A DNA stretch of 64,000 nucleotides from an uncultured Acidimicrobiales bacterium (GCA_902805665.1 CADCTB010000094.1:1960-65959); one strand, 5' to 3'; counted from the stretch's first letter, positions 1-8,747 are shown. Numbers and translations are program-made. The notes: generated from the letters alone by a model not told the origin.

Positions 1-1
1 G

Positions 2-424
2 ACCCGCTGGCACTTCATGCGCTTCGAGGTGAAGCGCCCGCGTGACCCCGACCACGGCCGGTACTGGCTCGTCCGCCACGACCGCGACGGGCGGGAGTAC
101 TCCATCGTGCCGGGGCCCGAGGACGGCACGGCCGACGAGTTCGGCGCCGGCGACGTCTGGGTGCTGGCGTACAGCCCCGACGAGATGGACGACGGCCAGG
201 GCTTCACCACCGATCGGGCCATGGCCCGCGCCGGGCTCGACCGGTTCGTGTCAGGCGAGCCGGTGCACAGCGAGGACGTCGTGCTCTGGTACGCCGTCCA
301 TGTCAGCCACCCGGGCACCGGCCTCGATCGGGTGGGCCCCGACCTGGTGCCCGGTCACTGGGGCCCCAAGCACCTGCCCGAGACGAAGCTGCTCGACGAG
401 TCTCCGGAGCCGGCCGGCGAGTAG
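2..424 (+). CDS. C-terminal fragment of a copper amine oxidase-like protein (5' end lies outside the window)
   Basis: The frame is open from the window edge. The tail DVWVLAYSPDE...GLDRFVSGEPVHSEDVVLWYAVHVSH resembles the C-terminal copper-ligand region of copper amine oxidases. Similarity was judged by eye only. Confidence 0.4.
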   Translation, partial: TRWHFMRFEVKRPRDPDHGRYWLVRHDRDGREYSIVPGPEDGTADEFGAGDVWVLAYSPDEMDDGQGFTTDRAMARAGLDRFVSGEPVHSEDVVLWYAVHVSHPGTGLDRVGPDLVPGHWGPKHLPETKLLDESPEPAGE

Positions 425-1353
425 CGCAGGCGCACCTCCCGGAGGACCGGCGTCCACGCCCGATCGGTGGTGGCGAGGTCGACCCGGTACTGGAGGTGGC
501 GGGACGTAGTGGTGACGGCGTCACCGGACTGCCGAACGGGACGCCACGGTGACCATGCCCGACCGGGTCGGGCGGCGTCGCCGGTCCGGATCTGCACGGC
601 CAGGCTCGTTCGCTCGGGAACGTCGGCTTCCCACGCGAGGCTGTGCCAGTCGACGACCGCTCCCGCGTCGAACACCCGGGAGGTGAACCGCCCTGCCGGC
701 TCGTACGGGGAGACGCGCATCCACTCGATCCGGAGCGGTTCCTGCCCGAGGCGTTGGTTCGCCGCCAGGGGCCGCATGTGCCCGGGCATGGGCACCATCA
801 GGTGGGCCAGGCGGGTGCCGTCGATGGAGAAGGCGATGTCGAGGATGTTCCAGTCGATGCGGAAACGGTGTGGGCCGTCGAACCAGTCGCCCGGCAGCTT
901 CTTGTCGTCGATGTTCAGGAGGTGGGTCCGGCCGTACAGGCGGCGCCCCCATTTGGTGCTGAACATCACCCACGGCACGTCGACGAAATTGGTCCCCAAG
1001 CCGGCATGCTGGTCCGGTCGGGCCGCGAACACCGCCGAGAACTCCAGGGAGCGAGGGCTGAGCAGGACCGGCTCGCACCGGACGCTCGCCCCGTCGAGAC
1101 TCAGCATCCCGTCCTCGAGGGTGCCGGCGCCGCCGTCGACCCACGGTGTGACCGTCCAGCCCTCAGGGAGGGCATCGCCGGTGAACTCGCCGGCCAGCTT
1201 CGGGGTGAGGATGACCTCGCCGTCCAGCGTCGGAGCCACGTAGGCGCCGGCGTCCGCGCAGCCGGCCGAGAAGTCGGCGGCCGAACCGTCGATCAGCTCG
1301 GCCGGGGGCACGGCATCGAATCCTGGCAGATGACCGGAACCTGTCCGCGGCAC
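355..1353 (-). CDS. Hypothetical protein, possible concanavalin-A-like/LamG-type beta-sandwich domain
   Basis: 332-aa ORF with a GTG start at 1353 and plausible composition (WTVTPWVDGGAGTLEDGMLSLDG..., FRIDWN). It overlaps the 3' end of the convergent gene by 70 nt. No motif is firm enough to assign a function. Confidence 0.5.
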   Translation of the reverse strand: MPRTGSGHLPGFDAVPPAELIDGSAADFSAGCADAGAYVAPTLDGEVILTPKLAGEFTGDALPEGWTVTPWVDGGAGTLEDGMLSLDGASVRCEPVLLSPRSLEFSAVFAARPDQHAGLGTNFVDVPWVMFSTKWGRRLYGRTHLLNIDDKKLPGDWFDGPHRFRIDWNILDIAFSIDGTRLAHLMVPMPGHMRPLAANQRLGQEPLRIEWMRVSPYEPAGRFTSRVFDAGAVVDWHSLAWEADVPERTSLAVQIRTGDAARPGRAWSPWRPVRQSGDAVTTTSRHLQYRVDLATTDRAWTPVLREVRLRYSPAGSGDSSSSFVSGRCLGPQ

Positions 1354-1463
1354 TGTAGGGCCCGAACACCTAATGCGGGGCTCCCCATCGCACGCGAGAC
1401 TTCCTTGGGGAGCAGAGGGCGGACCAGACGCCGCAGCTTATTTCTACGAAAGGTCGTCGCCAC

Positions 1464-1781
1464 ATGGGGAAGTACTTTGGCCGTGAGCCGCGCTATTCCC
1501 GCGAAGAGATCGAGCGGCAGGCGCAGGAGGCCATCGACGCCCGGGTGAGCATGGGCCGGCCGCCCGCCGAGGACTGGAGCCCGCTCGAGGCCCGGCTGTC
1601 GGAGATCGACCGGGTGATGGCCGCCCGCCCGCCCATGCCGCCCGTGCCGGAGCCTCAGCCGATGCAGATTCGTGAGGTGCGCATCCCCCGGACCGCGGAG
1701 GGCGCGCCGGCCCAGACGGCGCAGCCGGCCGGTGCCCGGTCGAGCCGCCGGCCGTTGGCCACCGCGCCGAGCAGCGACTGA
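1464..1781 (+). CDS. Hypothetical small protein (105 aa, Pro/Ala-rich C-terminus)
   Basis: ATG ORF. Its stop abuts the stop of the convergent gene (TGATCA at 1779-1784). No recognisable motif. Confidence 0.4.
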   Translation: MGKYFGREPRYSREEIERQAQEAIDARVSMGRPPAEDWSPLEARLSEIDRVMAARPPMPPVPEPQPMQIREVRIPRTAEGAPAQTAQPAGARSSRRPLATAPSSD

Positions 1782-2732
1782 TCAGAGGCGGGGGGCCAGC
1801 TCCCGCTCGAAGTAGTCGAAGAACCCTTCCTGATCCGGACCGATCTGGTGGATGTAGACGTGGTCGTACCCGGCGTCGACGAACGCCTTGATCGCCTCGA
1901 CGTGACGGTCGGGATCCGGCCCGAGCGGCAGCTTCTCGGCCAGGTCGTCCGGGGTCACGAGCTGGGCGGCCTGCTCGAAGTGGCGGGGCAGCGGTAGCTC
2001 CTGGGACAGCTCACCTTCGATCCCGGCGTTCGGCCACCACTCATACGCGGTCTTCTTGGCCTCCTCCTCGGTGGCCGCCCAGCACATGGCCACCTGCCCG
2101 TACAGCGGGCCCGAGCCCCCTGCCTCGGTGAACTTCTCGATCAGCTCCGGTTTGGGCGCCACGGCCCACAGGCCGTCGGCCGTCGCGCCGGCCAGGGTGG
2201 CCGCCGCCGGACCGCTCGCGGCCAGGATGATCGGCGGGGGCTCGTCGGGCAGGGTGTAGATACGGGCGTTCTCGACGGTGTAATAGGCACCGTCGAAGCT
2301 CTGGTAGCCGCCCTCCCACAGCTGGCGGATGACCGCGACGGCCTCGCCCAGCATGTCCTGGCGCACCGGCGCAGGCGGCCAGTGGTCGCCGAGGATGTGC
2401 TCGTTGAGGTTCTCGCCGCTGCCCACGCCTAAGAAGAACCGGCCCGGCATCATGGCGGCCACCGTGGCCGCAGCCTGGGCGATGATCGCCGGATGGATGC
2501 GGACGGTCGGGCAGGTCACGCCGGTGCCCAGGCGCAGCGTGCTGGTGGCGTGGGAGATGGCGCCGAGCACCGACCACACGAACGGGGCCTGGCCCTGCTG
2601 GTCCACCCACGGGTGGAAGTGGTCGGAGATGGCGGCGAAGGTGAAACCCGTGGCCTCGGCCCGCTGGGCGTGGCGCACGAGGTCGTTGGGGGCGTGCTCC
2701 TCGGAGGAGAGGGCGTAGCCGAACTCGGTCAT
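1782..2732 (-). CDS. LLM-class F420-dependent oxidoreductase (G6PD-related family)
   Basis: 316 aa. TEFGYALSSEEH, DHFHPW and GVGSGENLNEH are typical of luciferase-like F420-dependent oxidoreductases. Confidence 0.85.
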   Translation of the reverse strand: MTEFGYALSSEEHAPNDLVRHAQRAEATGFTFAAISDHFHPWVDQQGQAPFVWSVLGAISHATSTLRLGTGVTCPTVRIHPAIIAQAAATVAAMMPGRFFLGVGSGENLNEHILGDHWPPAPVRQDMLGEAVAVIRQLWEGGYQSFDGAYYTVENARIYTLPDEPPPIILAASGPAAATLAGATADGLWAVAPKPELIEKFTEAGGSGPLYGQVAMCWAATEEEAKKTAYEWWPNAGIEGELSQELPLPRHFEQAAQLVTPDDLAEKLPLGPDPDRHVEAIKAFVDAGYDHVYIHQIGPDQEGFFDYFERELAPRL

Positions 2733-2749
2733 CAGGCGTCCTTCCTGCG

Positions 2750-3181
2750 CTAGTCGCGGTCGATGTAGCCCGGATCGGGGTCGTAGTTCATGCCGGGCGG
2801 CTCGTCGACGATCCGCATGGCCGACTCCTCGGCGCTGAGGGTGTCCTCCAGGCCGGCGTCGGCCTCCCCGAGCGCATCGGCCTCGTCGTCCATCAGCCCG
2901 CCGTCGGCACCGGGCTCGAGGAACTGGCGGTCGGCGTACACCTCGGCCATCTCCACATCGGGCTCCTCACGGGCCAACCGGACCTCCAGAGGCTCCGACG
3001 CGAGCTGCTCGGACGCGGTGGTGCCCCAGTCGGTGACCGCCTGCGGCCGGTCGAGGGGCGGAAGCTCCCCCTCCAGGGGGTCACCGGTCAGAAGGACGTC
3101 CTCCGGGATCTCGTCGATGGCCGGGATACCGTCCTCGGTCACTTCAGGGGCCGGACGGGGGAGGTTCTGGCGATCGGACAT
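2750..3181 (-). CDS. DUF5709-type acidic protein
   Basis: 143-aa very acidic product starting at ATG 3181, inside a longer spurious ORF. The ...LSAEESAMRIVDEPPG tail is typical of actinobacterial DUF5709 proteins. Confidence 0.7.
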   Translation of the reverse strand: MSDRQNLPRPAPEVTEDGIPAIDEIPEDVLLTGDPLEGELPPLDRPQAVTDWGTTASEQLASEPLEVRLAREEPDVEMAEVYADRQFLEPGADGGLMDDEADALGEADAGLEDTLSAEESAMRIVDEPPGMNYDPDPGYIDRD

Positions 3182-3247
3182 GGCGGGGGCCCTACCCCGG
3201 TTCAAGGTTTGGAATGCCAAAGCCGACAGGGTTGTTGAAAGATCGCC

Positions 3248-3517
3248 ATGCCTGAAACCGTGACCACATACGACCCCAACGACTGGCGCCTCGACGCGGC
3301 CTGTCGTGACCTCGACACCGCCATCTTCTTCCCCGAGACGGAGGAGGCCGTAGCGGCGGCCAAAGCCGTCTGCGCCACCTGCCCCGTGCGGGAGGCATGT
3401 CTGGAGTTCGCCCTCATCACCCGCCAGGACGACGGCGTCTGGGGCGGCCTCGACGAGAACGAACGCCGTCGGGTCCGCCGCCGCCGCCAGGAAGCCGCCC
3501 GGAAGGCCGCGGCCTGA
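3248..3517 (+). CDS. whiB: WhiB-family Fe-S transcriptional regulator
   Basis: 89 aa. It has four Cys (C19, C42-x2-C45-x5-C51), a GVWGG turn and a basic C-terminal tail (RRRVRRRRQ). Confidence 0.9.
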   Translation: MPETVTTYDPNDWRLDAACRDLDTAIFFPETEEAVAAAKAVCATCPVREACLEFALITRQDDGVWGGLDENERRRVRRRRQEAARKAAA

Positions 3518-3541
3518 TCCTCGGCCCATAGGCTCGCGGCC

Positions 3542-4513
3542 GTGCTGCGAGCCACGTTTCAGCTGAGCCCGCCCGGCTCGGCCGAGGTGCTCGCCCCCCT
3601 TCGGGGCCATGTGGTCGCCGACGACGGGGCAACCGTCGTCGTCGATCTTCCTGAGGACAACTGGGGCGCCGACGTGAGCCTGATCGTTGCCGCCCTCGTG
3701 GCCGGCGAGGTCATGGAAGCACGGGCGCTGACCCGCTGCCGGCTCGTCGGCCTCGAGCTCCCCGACGGGTTGTTGCCAGGACCTGCCTTCGGCGCCGCCG
3801 CCGAGCGGGCCACCGTCGGCGTGATCGTGAAGCCGCCACTGGGCCTGCGACCGGCCGAGGTGGCCGAGGTGGCGCGGGCCGCGGTGGCCGGTGGCGCCCG
3901 GTTCGTGAAGGACGACGAGACCCTCGGTGATCCGCCGTGGTGCCCCCTCGCAGATCGGGTGCGTTCGGTGTCGAAGGTGCTCGAACCGGGAGTCGTCTAC
4001 TGCGCCAACGTCACCGGACCGCCGACCGGCCTCGTCGAGCGGGCCCGGACCGCCGTCGAGCTCGGAGCCACCGGCCTCCTGGTGAACCCCTTCGCCCAGG
4101 GCCTCGGCGCGCTGGTGGCCCTCCGGGAGGCCGACCTGGGTGTTCCCCTCTTCGCCCATCGAGCCGGCTCCGGTCCGTGGGCCCGCAATCCGGCGTTCGG
4201 GCCGACCGGCTCGGTGCTGGCCCGCCTGCTGCGCCTGTGCGGGGCCGACTACGTGGTGGTCGGTGCGTTCGGCGGCACGTTGTTCGAGACCGACGGCGAG
4301 GTCCGGGACAATCTGGCTGCCGTGCGCGACCCCTGTGGCCGAGCCCGTCCGGCAGTGGCCGCCATGGGCGGCGGGCTCGGGCCCGACGACGTCGGTGCCC
4401 AGGTGGACGGCGCAGGTGGTGGCGGCCTGCTCGTCCTCCTCGGCTCGCGGGCCCATGCCTTCCCCGGCGGGCTGGAGGCCGCCGTCCGCCGGGCGGTCAC
4501 AGGGCTCCCATGA
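3542..4513 (+). CDS. RuBisCO-like protein (form IV RLP) with a shortened N-terminal domain
   Basis: 323 aa with a GTG start. Motifs occur in RuBisCO order: VKPPLGL (Lys175 position), FVKDDETL 26 residues later (Lys201/Asp203/Glu204), AHRAG (His294) and MGGGLG. The stop overlaps the mtnA ATG. Confidence 0.75.
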   Translation: MLRATFQLSPPGSAEVLAPLRGHVVADDGATVVVDLPEDNWGADVSLIVAALVAGEVMEARALTRCRLVGLELPDGLLPGPAFGAAAERATVGVIVKPPLGLRPAEVAEVARAAVAGGARFVKDDETLGDPPWCPLADRVRSVSKVLEPGVVYCANVTGPPTGLVERARTAVELGATGLLVNPFAQGLGALVALREADLGVPLFAHRAGSGPWARNPAFGPTGSVLARLLRLCGADYVVVGAFGGTLFETDGEVRDNLAAVRDPCGRARPAVAAMGGGLGPDDVGAQVDGAGGGGLLVLLGSRAHAFPGGLEAAVRRAVTGLP

Positions 4514-5475
4514 CGGCCGCCGATCCCATTCCGCCGACGATCGAGTGGCGGGAAGGTGCAGTGCGGATGATCGACCAGCGCCTGCTTCCCGGTGAGCTGG
4601 TCTTCGTCGAGGCCCGCACCGTCGACGAGCTGTGCCATGCCATCCGCACGCTGGCCGTCAGAGGCGCACCGGCCTTGGGCGTGGCCGGGGCCATGGGGAT
4701 GGCCCTCGCCGCCGTCACCGGCGAGGCGCCCGACGATGCCGCGGGCCGCATCGTCGCCACCCGGCCGACGGCGGTGAACCTGGCATGGGGAGTGGCCCGC
4801 GGCCTGCAGGCGGCCGACCCGGTGGCCGAGGCCATCCGTCTGGCCGCCGACGACGTCGACCGGAACCGGCGGCTCGGCGCCCACGGCGCGTCCCTCGTCC
4901 CCGACGGCGGACGGGTGCTGACCCACTGCAACGCCGGCGCCCTGGCCTGCGCGGGATACGGAACCGCCCTGGGCGTGATCCGGGCCGCGGCGGAGGCGGG
5001 CCGGCGGCCTTCCGTCTGGGTCGACGAGACCCGCCCCGTGCTCCAGGGCTCCCGGCTCACGGCGTGGGAGCTCGACCGCCTGGGCATTCCCGCCACCCTC
5101 GTCGCCGACGTGATGGCCGGGTCGCTGATGGGCGGCGGAGAAGTGGACTGCGTCGTCGTCGGGGCGGACCGCATCGCCGCCAACGGCGACGTCGCCAACA
5201 AGGTGGGCACCTACGGCCTCGCCGTGCTCGCCCACCACCACCGGATCCCGTTCTACGTCGCCGCGCCCATGTCCACCATCGACTCCACCTGCCCGACCGG
5301 CGCCGACATTCCCATCGAGCGCCGCTCGGGCGACGAGGTCACCTCCATGGACGGCCACCTCATCGCCCCCGCCGGCTTCGCAGCCGAGAACCGCGCCTTC
5401 GACGTGACGCCCGCGGCCCTGATCACCGCCATCATCACCGAGGACGGCGTCCTCCGCCCGCCCTTCCGCCTCTGA
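4510..5475 (+). CDS. mtnA: S-methyl-5-thioribose-1-phosphate isomerase
   Basis: ATG 4510 overlaps the upstream stop (ATGA). TRPTAVNLAW, HCNAGALA, DETRPVLQGSRLTAWEL and GADRIAANGDVANKVGTY are eIF-2B-like MtnA motifs. The long N-terminal part of ORF 3937..5475 is an artefact. Confidence 0.9.
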   Translation: MTAADPIPPTIEWREGAVRMIDQRLLPGELVFVEARTVDELCHAIRTLAVRGAPALGVAGAMGMALAAVTGEAPDDAAGRIVATRPTAVNLAWGVARGLQAADPVAEAIRLAADDVDRNRRLGAHGASLVPDGGRVLTHCNAGALACAGYGTALGVIRAAAEAGRRPSVWVDETRPVLQGSRLTAWELDRLGIPATLVADVMAGSLMGGGEVDCVVVGADRIAANGDVANKVGTYGLAVLAHHHRIPFYVAAPMSTIDSTCPTGADIPIERRSGDEVTSMDGHLIAPAGFAAENRAFDVTPAALITAIITEDGVLRPPFRL

Positions 5476-5514
5476 GCCGTTCTGGACACTGAAAAGCGCC
5501 GGGAACGTACCGTT

Positions 5515-6168
5515 TCAGTGCAGAGAAGCCTCGGGGAGGGGGGTCACCCGGTAGGCGCAGGAGTGGGCGCCGGCGATCATGTGGCTGACCCGCTCGATGC
5601 GGGCGTCGGGGAGGGCCTCCCGCAGGAAGGCGATCTCGCTCGAGCAGGCCTGGCCGTAGCGCTCGGCCACGTCGAGCACCGCGCAGTTGTGCTCGACGAT
5701 GCGGAAGGAGCCGTCGGGCAGCGCCTCCCACGAGGCCAGGTAGCCGTCCTCGTCGAGGATGCGAGCCAGCTCGGCCACCCGGGAGTCGAACTCCGGGCCC
5801 ACCTTGGCCAGCCGGGCTCGGGCGTCCTGGTAGCGACGCTGGCGGCGGCGGTCGAAGATGTCGTCGACCAGGTTGGGGTCGGCGTCGGCCACATAGCCGA
5901 GGAGCTCGGTCGTCAGCCCGCCGTAGGCCTTGGGGAACAGGGGCTCGGCCGCCCGGGTCAGGCGGTAGAGGTGGGTGGGCCGGCCCCGCCCGCGGGCCTG
6001 CGGCCGCCACGCCACCAGACCGTCGGCGGCCAGGCCTTCGAGCTGCTGTCGCACCGCGCTGACGGTGACGCCCAGCTGGGCAGCCAGCTCGTCGGCCGTG
6101 GCCTCGCCGGCGTGCTTCAGCGCGGTGACCAGCTCGTTGCCCCGGGCGGACACCTTCACGCCGCTCAT
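5515..6168 (-). CDS. ArsR/SufR-like winged-helix regulator with a C-terminal Cys triad
   Basis: N-terminal HTH (ADELAAQLGVTVSAVRQQLEGLAADGLV). The C-terminal HNC-x12-C...GAHSCAY arrangement resembles Fe-S-binding SufR. The start overlaps the upstream stop (ATGA at 6165-6168). Confidence 0.7.
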   Translation of the reverse strand: MSGVKVSARGNELVTALKHAGEATADELAAQLGVTVSAVRQQLEGLAADGLVAWRPQARGRGRPTHLYRLTRAAEPLFPKAYGGLTTELLGYVADADPNLVDDIFDRRRQRRYQDARARLAKVGPEFDSRVAELARILDEDGYLASWEALPDGSFRIVEHNCAVLDVAERYGQACSSEIAFLREALPDARIERVSHMIAGAHSCAYRVTPLPEASLH

Positions 6169-7217
6169 GGCAGCAACAGGTGAAGGTCGCCGAACTCGTG
6201 CCAGAGGTACCCGCCGGCGAGGGCGGCCTGGTAGGCGTCGTCGAGCATCTGCCGGCCGGCCACCGCCTCGAGCATGAGCAGGTGCGACGCGGCCGGCTCG
6301 TGCCAGCCGGTGAGGAGGCCGTCGACCACGCGAATGCCCCGCTCGGCAGTGATGATCACTTCGGTCCAGCCCTCACCCGGGTGGGCCACGCCGCCGGCGT
6401 CGGCCACGGTCTCCAAGGCCCGTACGACGGTCGTGCCCACCGCGATGACCCGCCCTCCGTCGGCCCGGGTGGCGTTCACCCGCTGGGCGGTGGTGGCCGG
6501 GACCCGGAACGGCTCGGGGGCCGGCAGCTCGCCCGTCTCGAGCGATCCCACGCCGGCGTGGAGCACGATGGGGCTGACACCGACGCCGCGGGCCACCAGG
6601 GCGGTGATCAGCTCGGGGGTGAAGGCCCGCCCTGCGCTGGGCATCTCCGCGCTGCCGGGCTCGTTGGCGTAGACGGTCTGGTAGGCGGAGAGAGGCCAGT
6701 CACGGTCGACGTGCCCGTAGCGGATCGGCCGGCCGTGAACGGCCAGGTACGCCTCGAGCTCGTCCGGAAGATGCAGCACCGCGACCCAGAGCCGCATGGA
6801 GCGCGGGTAGCGGGCCAGGAGCTCGACCCGGGCGCCGCCGGGAAGGGTCAGCGTCTCCCCACCGACGTCGTTCCGGAACGGCAGGGTGCCCGGCTCGGCG
6901 GGCCGGCGGAGCTCCACCACCCACAGCCCGGCTGGGAGGGGGGTGCTGAGGTGCAGCTCGACCACGCTCCCATCGGGGCGGATCGCGTCGAGGGAGGCAG
7001 GGAGGGTGGCCGAGGTGTTGATGACGAGCAGGTCGCCGGGCTCCAGGATGTCCGGCAGCTCGCGGAAGCCGGCGTGGACCGGCGCCACATCCGGCCTGGA
7101 CACCAGCAGGCGGACGTCGTCACGGGCCAGGCCTCGAGCCTCGGGCGGCTCGTGGGCCTCCAGCTCCCGGGGGAGGTCGAAGACGATCGGCGGCCGGTCG
7201 GTGAGGGTGGCGGTCAC
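6165..7217 (-). CDS. QueA-like S-adenosylmethionine ribosyltransferase-isomerase family protein (divergent)
   Basis: Collinear by eye with QueA (PGDLLVINTSATLPA, YQTVYANEPGSAEMPSAGRAF, RVIAVGTTVVRALE). Conserved blocks are altered, for example TGWHEPAASHL where QueA has TNFHLPESTL. The GTG start at 7217 overlaps the SDR stop (GTGA). Confidence 0.8.
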   Translation of the reverse strand: MTATLTDRPPIVFDLPRELEAHEPPEARGLARDDVRLLVSRPDVAPVHAGFRELPDILEPGDLLVINTSATLPASLDAIRPDGSVVELHLSTPLPAGLWVVELRRPAEPGTLPFRNDVGGETLTLPGGARVELLARYPRSMRLWVAVLHLPDELEAYLAVHGRPIRYGHVDRDWPLSAYQTVYANEPGSAEMPSAGRAFTPELITALVARGVGVSPIVLHAGVGSLETGELPAPEPFRVPATTAQRVNATRADGGRVIAVGTTVVRALETVADAGGVAHPGEGWTEVIITAERGIRVVDGLLTGWHEPAASHLLMLEAVAGRQMLDDAYQAALAGGYLWHEFGDLHLLLP

Positions 7218-7909
7218 CCGACCGCCTCCGGGGTCCGGGCCTGGTAGCGGCCGCTGGGGGCGTCCTCGTCGATCAACTTCAGGATCCCCGGCACGCTGTC
7301 CTCGGGCGGAGGCCGGTCGGAGATGTCCTCTCCCGGATAGGCCTCCTCGTGCATCTTGGTGTTCATGTCGCCGGGATCGACCCACCACACCCGCAGCCCG
7401 GGGTGCTCGGCTGCCAGCACCTTGGACAGCTGCTCCAGGGCGGCCTTCGACGAGCCGTACCCACCCCAGCCCTCGTAGCCCTCGACCCCCGCGTCCGACG
7501 TCACGTTGAGGATCCGGCCCTGCGGTGACTGGGCCAGCAGGGGCATGGCCAGCTGGATCAGGGCCAGCGGCGCGGTGACGTTGACCTCGTACACCGCCCG
7601 GAAGTCGTCGAGGGGGTAGTCGGCCAGCTTCGGCTGGGGGCTCGGTCCGAGCAGGCTGGCGTTGTTGACCAGGAGGTCGGGGCCGCCGAGGGCCCTGGCC
7701 GCCTCGACCAACTCGGCGCGGTGGCCGTGGTCTGTGACGTCGCCGGTGACGGCGACCACCTGCGTCTTCGGCGAGAGCTCCTCGGCGGCCGCCTGGAGGG
7801 CGTCACCGCCCCGGGCGTCGAGCACCAGGTTCCAACCTCGATCGGCGAGAGCACGAGCGAGGGCGAGGCCGAGGCCCCGGGACGCTCCGGTGATGATGGC
7901 GGTCGGCAT
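7214..7909 (-). CDS. Short-chain dehydrogenase/reductase (SDR)
   Basis: TGASRGLG dinucleotide motif, NNAS, and the catalytic YGSSK (Y-x3-K). Confidence 0.85.
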   Translation of the reverse strand: MPTAIITGASRGLGLALARALADRGWNLVLDARGGDALQAAAEELSPKTQVVAVTGDVTDHGHRAELVEAARALGGPDLLVNNASLLGPSPQPKLADYPLDDFRAVYEVNVTAPLALIQLAMPLLAQSPQGRILNVTSDAGVEGYEGWGGYGSSKAALEQLSKVLAAEHPGLRVWWVDPGDMNTKMHEEAYPGEDISDRPPPEDSVPGILKLIDEDAPSGRYQARTPEAVG

Positions 7910-7936
7910 GTCCGGTTAGACCAAGCCGTAACTGTG

Positions 7937-7959
7937 TTTATTCCGAACTCGGGAATAAA
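7937..7959. promoter_or_regulatory. AT-rich perfect inverted repeat TTTATTCC-N7-GGAATAAA in a divergent promoter region (candidate operator)
   Basis: Read directly: 8/8 complementary arms at 7937-7944 and 7952-7959. It lies 28 nt from the SDR start and 24 nt from the TauE start, and stands out against the GC-rich background. Confidence 0.35.
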
Positions 7960-7982
7960 TCTCCCCGGCCGGTGAGCAGACT

Positions 7983-8747
7983 GTGCGGACGATGTCCTAC
8001 CTGGCCGCCCTCGCCATCCTCGGCGTCGGGCTGGCGGCCGGCACCCTGAACACGATCGTGGGCTCGGGGTCCCTCATCACGTTCCCCACCCTCCTGGCCC
8101 TGGGCTATCCGCCGGTGGTGGCCAACGTCTCCAACACCGTGGGCCTGGTGACCGGCTCTATCAGCGGTGCGGTCGGCTACCGGCGGGAGCTGGAGGGGCA
8201 ACGTCCCCGCCTGCGGGTCCTGGGGACGGCGTCGCTGGCCGGGGGCCTGACCGGGGGCCTCCTGCTGCTCGCCCTGCCCGCGTCGGTGTTCCGCGACGTC
8301 GTGCCGGTGCTCATCCTCGTCGCTTGCGTGCTGGTGGCGATCCAGCCCCGGCTGGCCCGCCGGATCGCGGCGGGTGAGCGGCCGGTCCGGGCCCACGGCG
8401 GCCCGCTCCTGTTCCTTGCCGTCTTCCTGACCGGCGTGTACGGCGGCTACTTCGGCGCGGCCCAGGGGGTCATGCTGATCGCCCTCCTGGGCATCTTCCT
8501 CGACGACACCCTGCAGCGGCTCAACGCGGCCAAGAACGTGCTGGCCGCCCTGGTCAACGGCATAGCCGCCGTGCTGTTCATGCTGTTCGCCGACGTGGAC
8601 TGGGCAGTGGCGGGGCTGCTGGCGGGAGGCGCCATCGTGGGTGGGCAGGTCGGCGCCACGCTGGGCCGGCGCATCTCACCGGGATGGCTGCGGGCCGTGA
8701 TCGTGCTGGTCGGCGTCGCGGTGGCCATCCGGCTCCTCATCCGATGA
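7983..8747 (+). CDS. TauE/SafE-family (DUF81) anion exporter membrane protein
   Basis: 254 aa, multi-pass hydrophobic protein with an internal two-repeat organisation. GTG at 7983; alternative ATG at 7992. Confidence 0.8.
   Translation: MRTMSYLAALAILGVGLAAGTLNTIVGSGSLITFPTLLALGYPPVVANVSNTVGLVTGSISGAVGYRRELEGQRPRLRVLGTASLAGGLTGGLLLLALPASVFRDVVPVLILVACVLVAIQPRLARRIAAGERPVRAHGGPLLFLAVFLTGVYGGYFGAAQGVMLIALLGIFLDDTLQRLNAAKNVLAALVNGIAAVLFMLFADVDWAVAGLLAGGAIVGGQVGATLGRRISPGWLRAVIVLVGVAVAIRLLIR

Noticed and set aside
2750-4456. 568-aa minus-strand ORF spanning the whiB and RLP region
   Set aside because: Only its last 143 codons (the DUF5709 protein, ATG 3181) look like protein. The rest is Arg/Gly/Pro/His-rich antisense text opposite well-supported plus-strand genes, which is a typical high-GC artefact.
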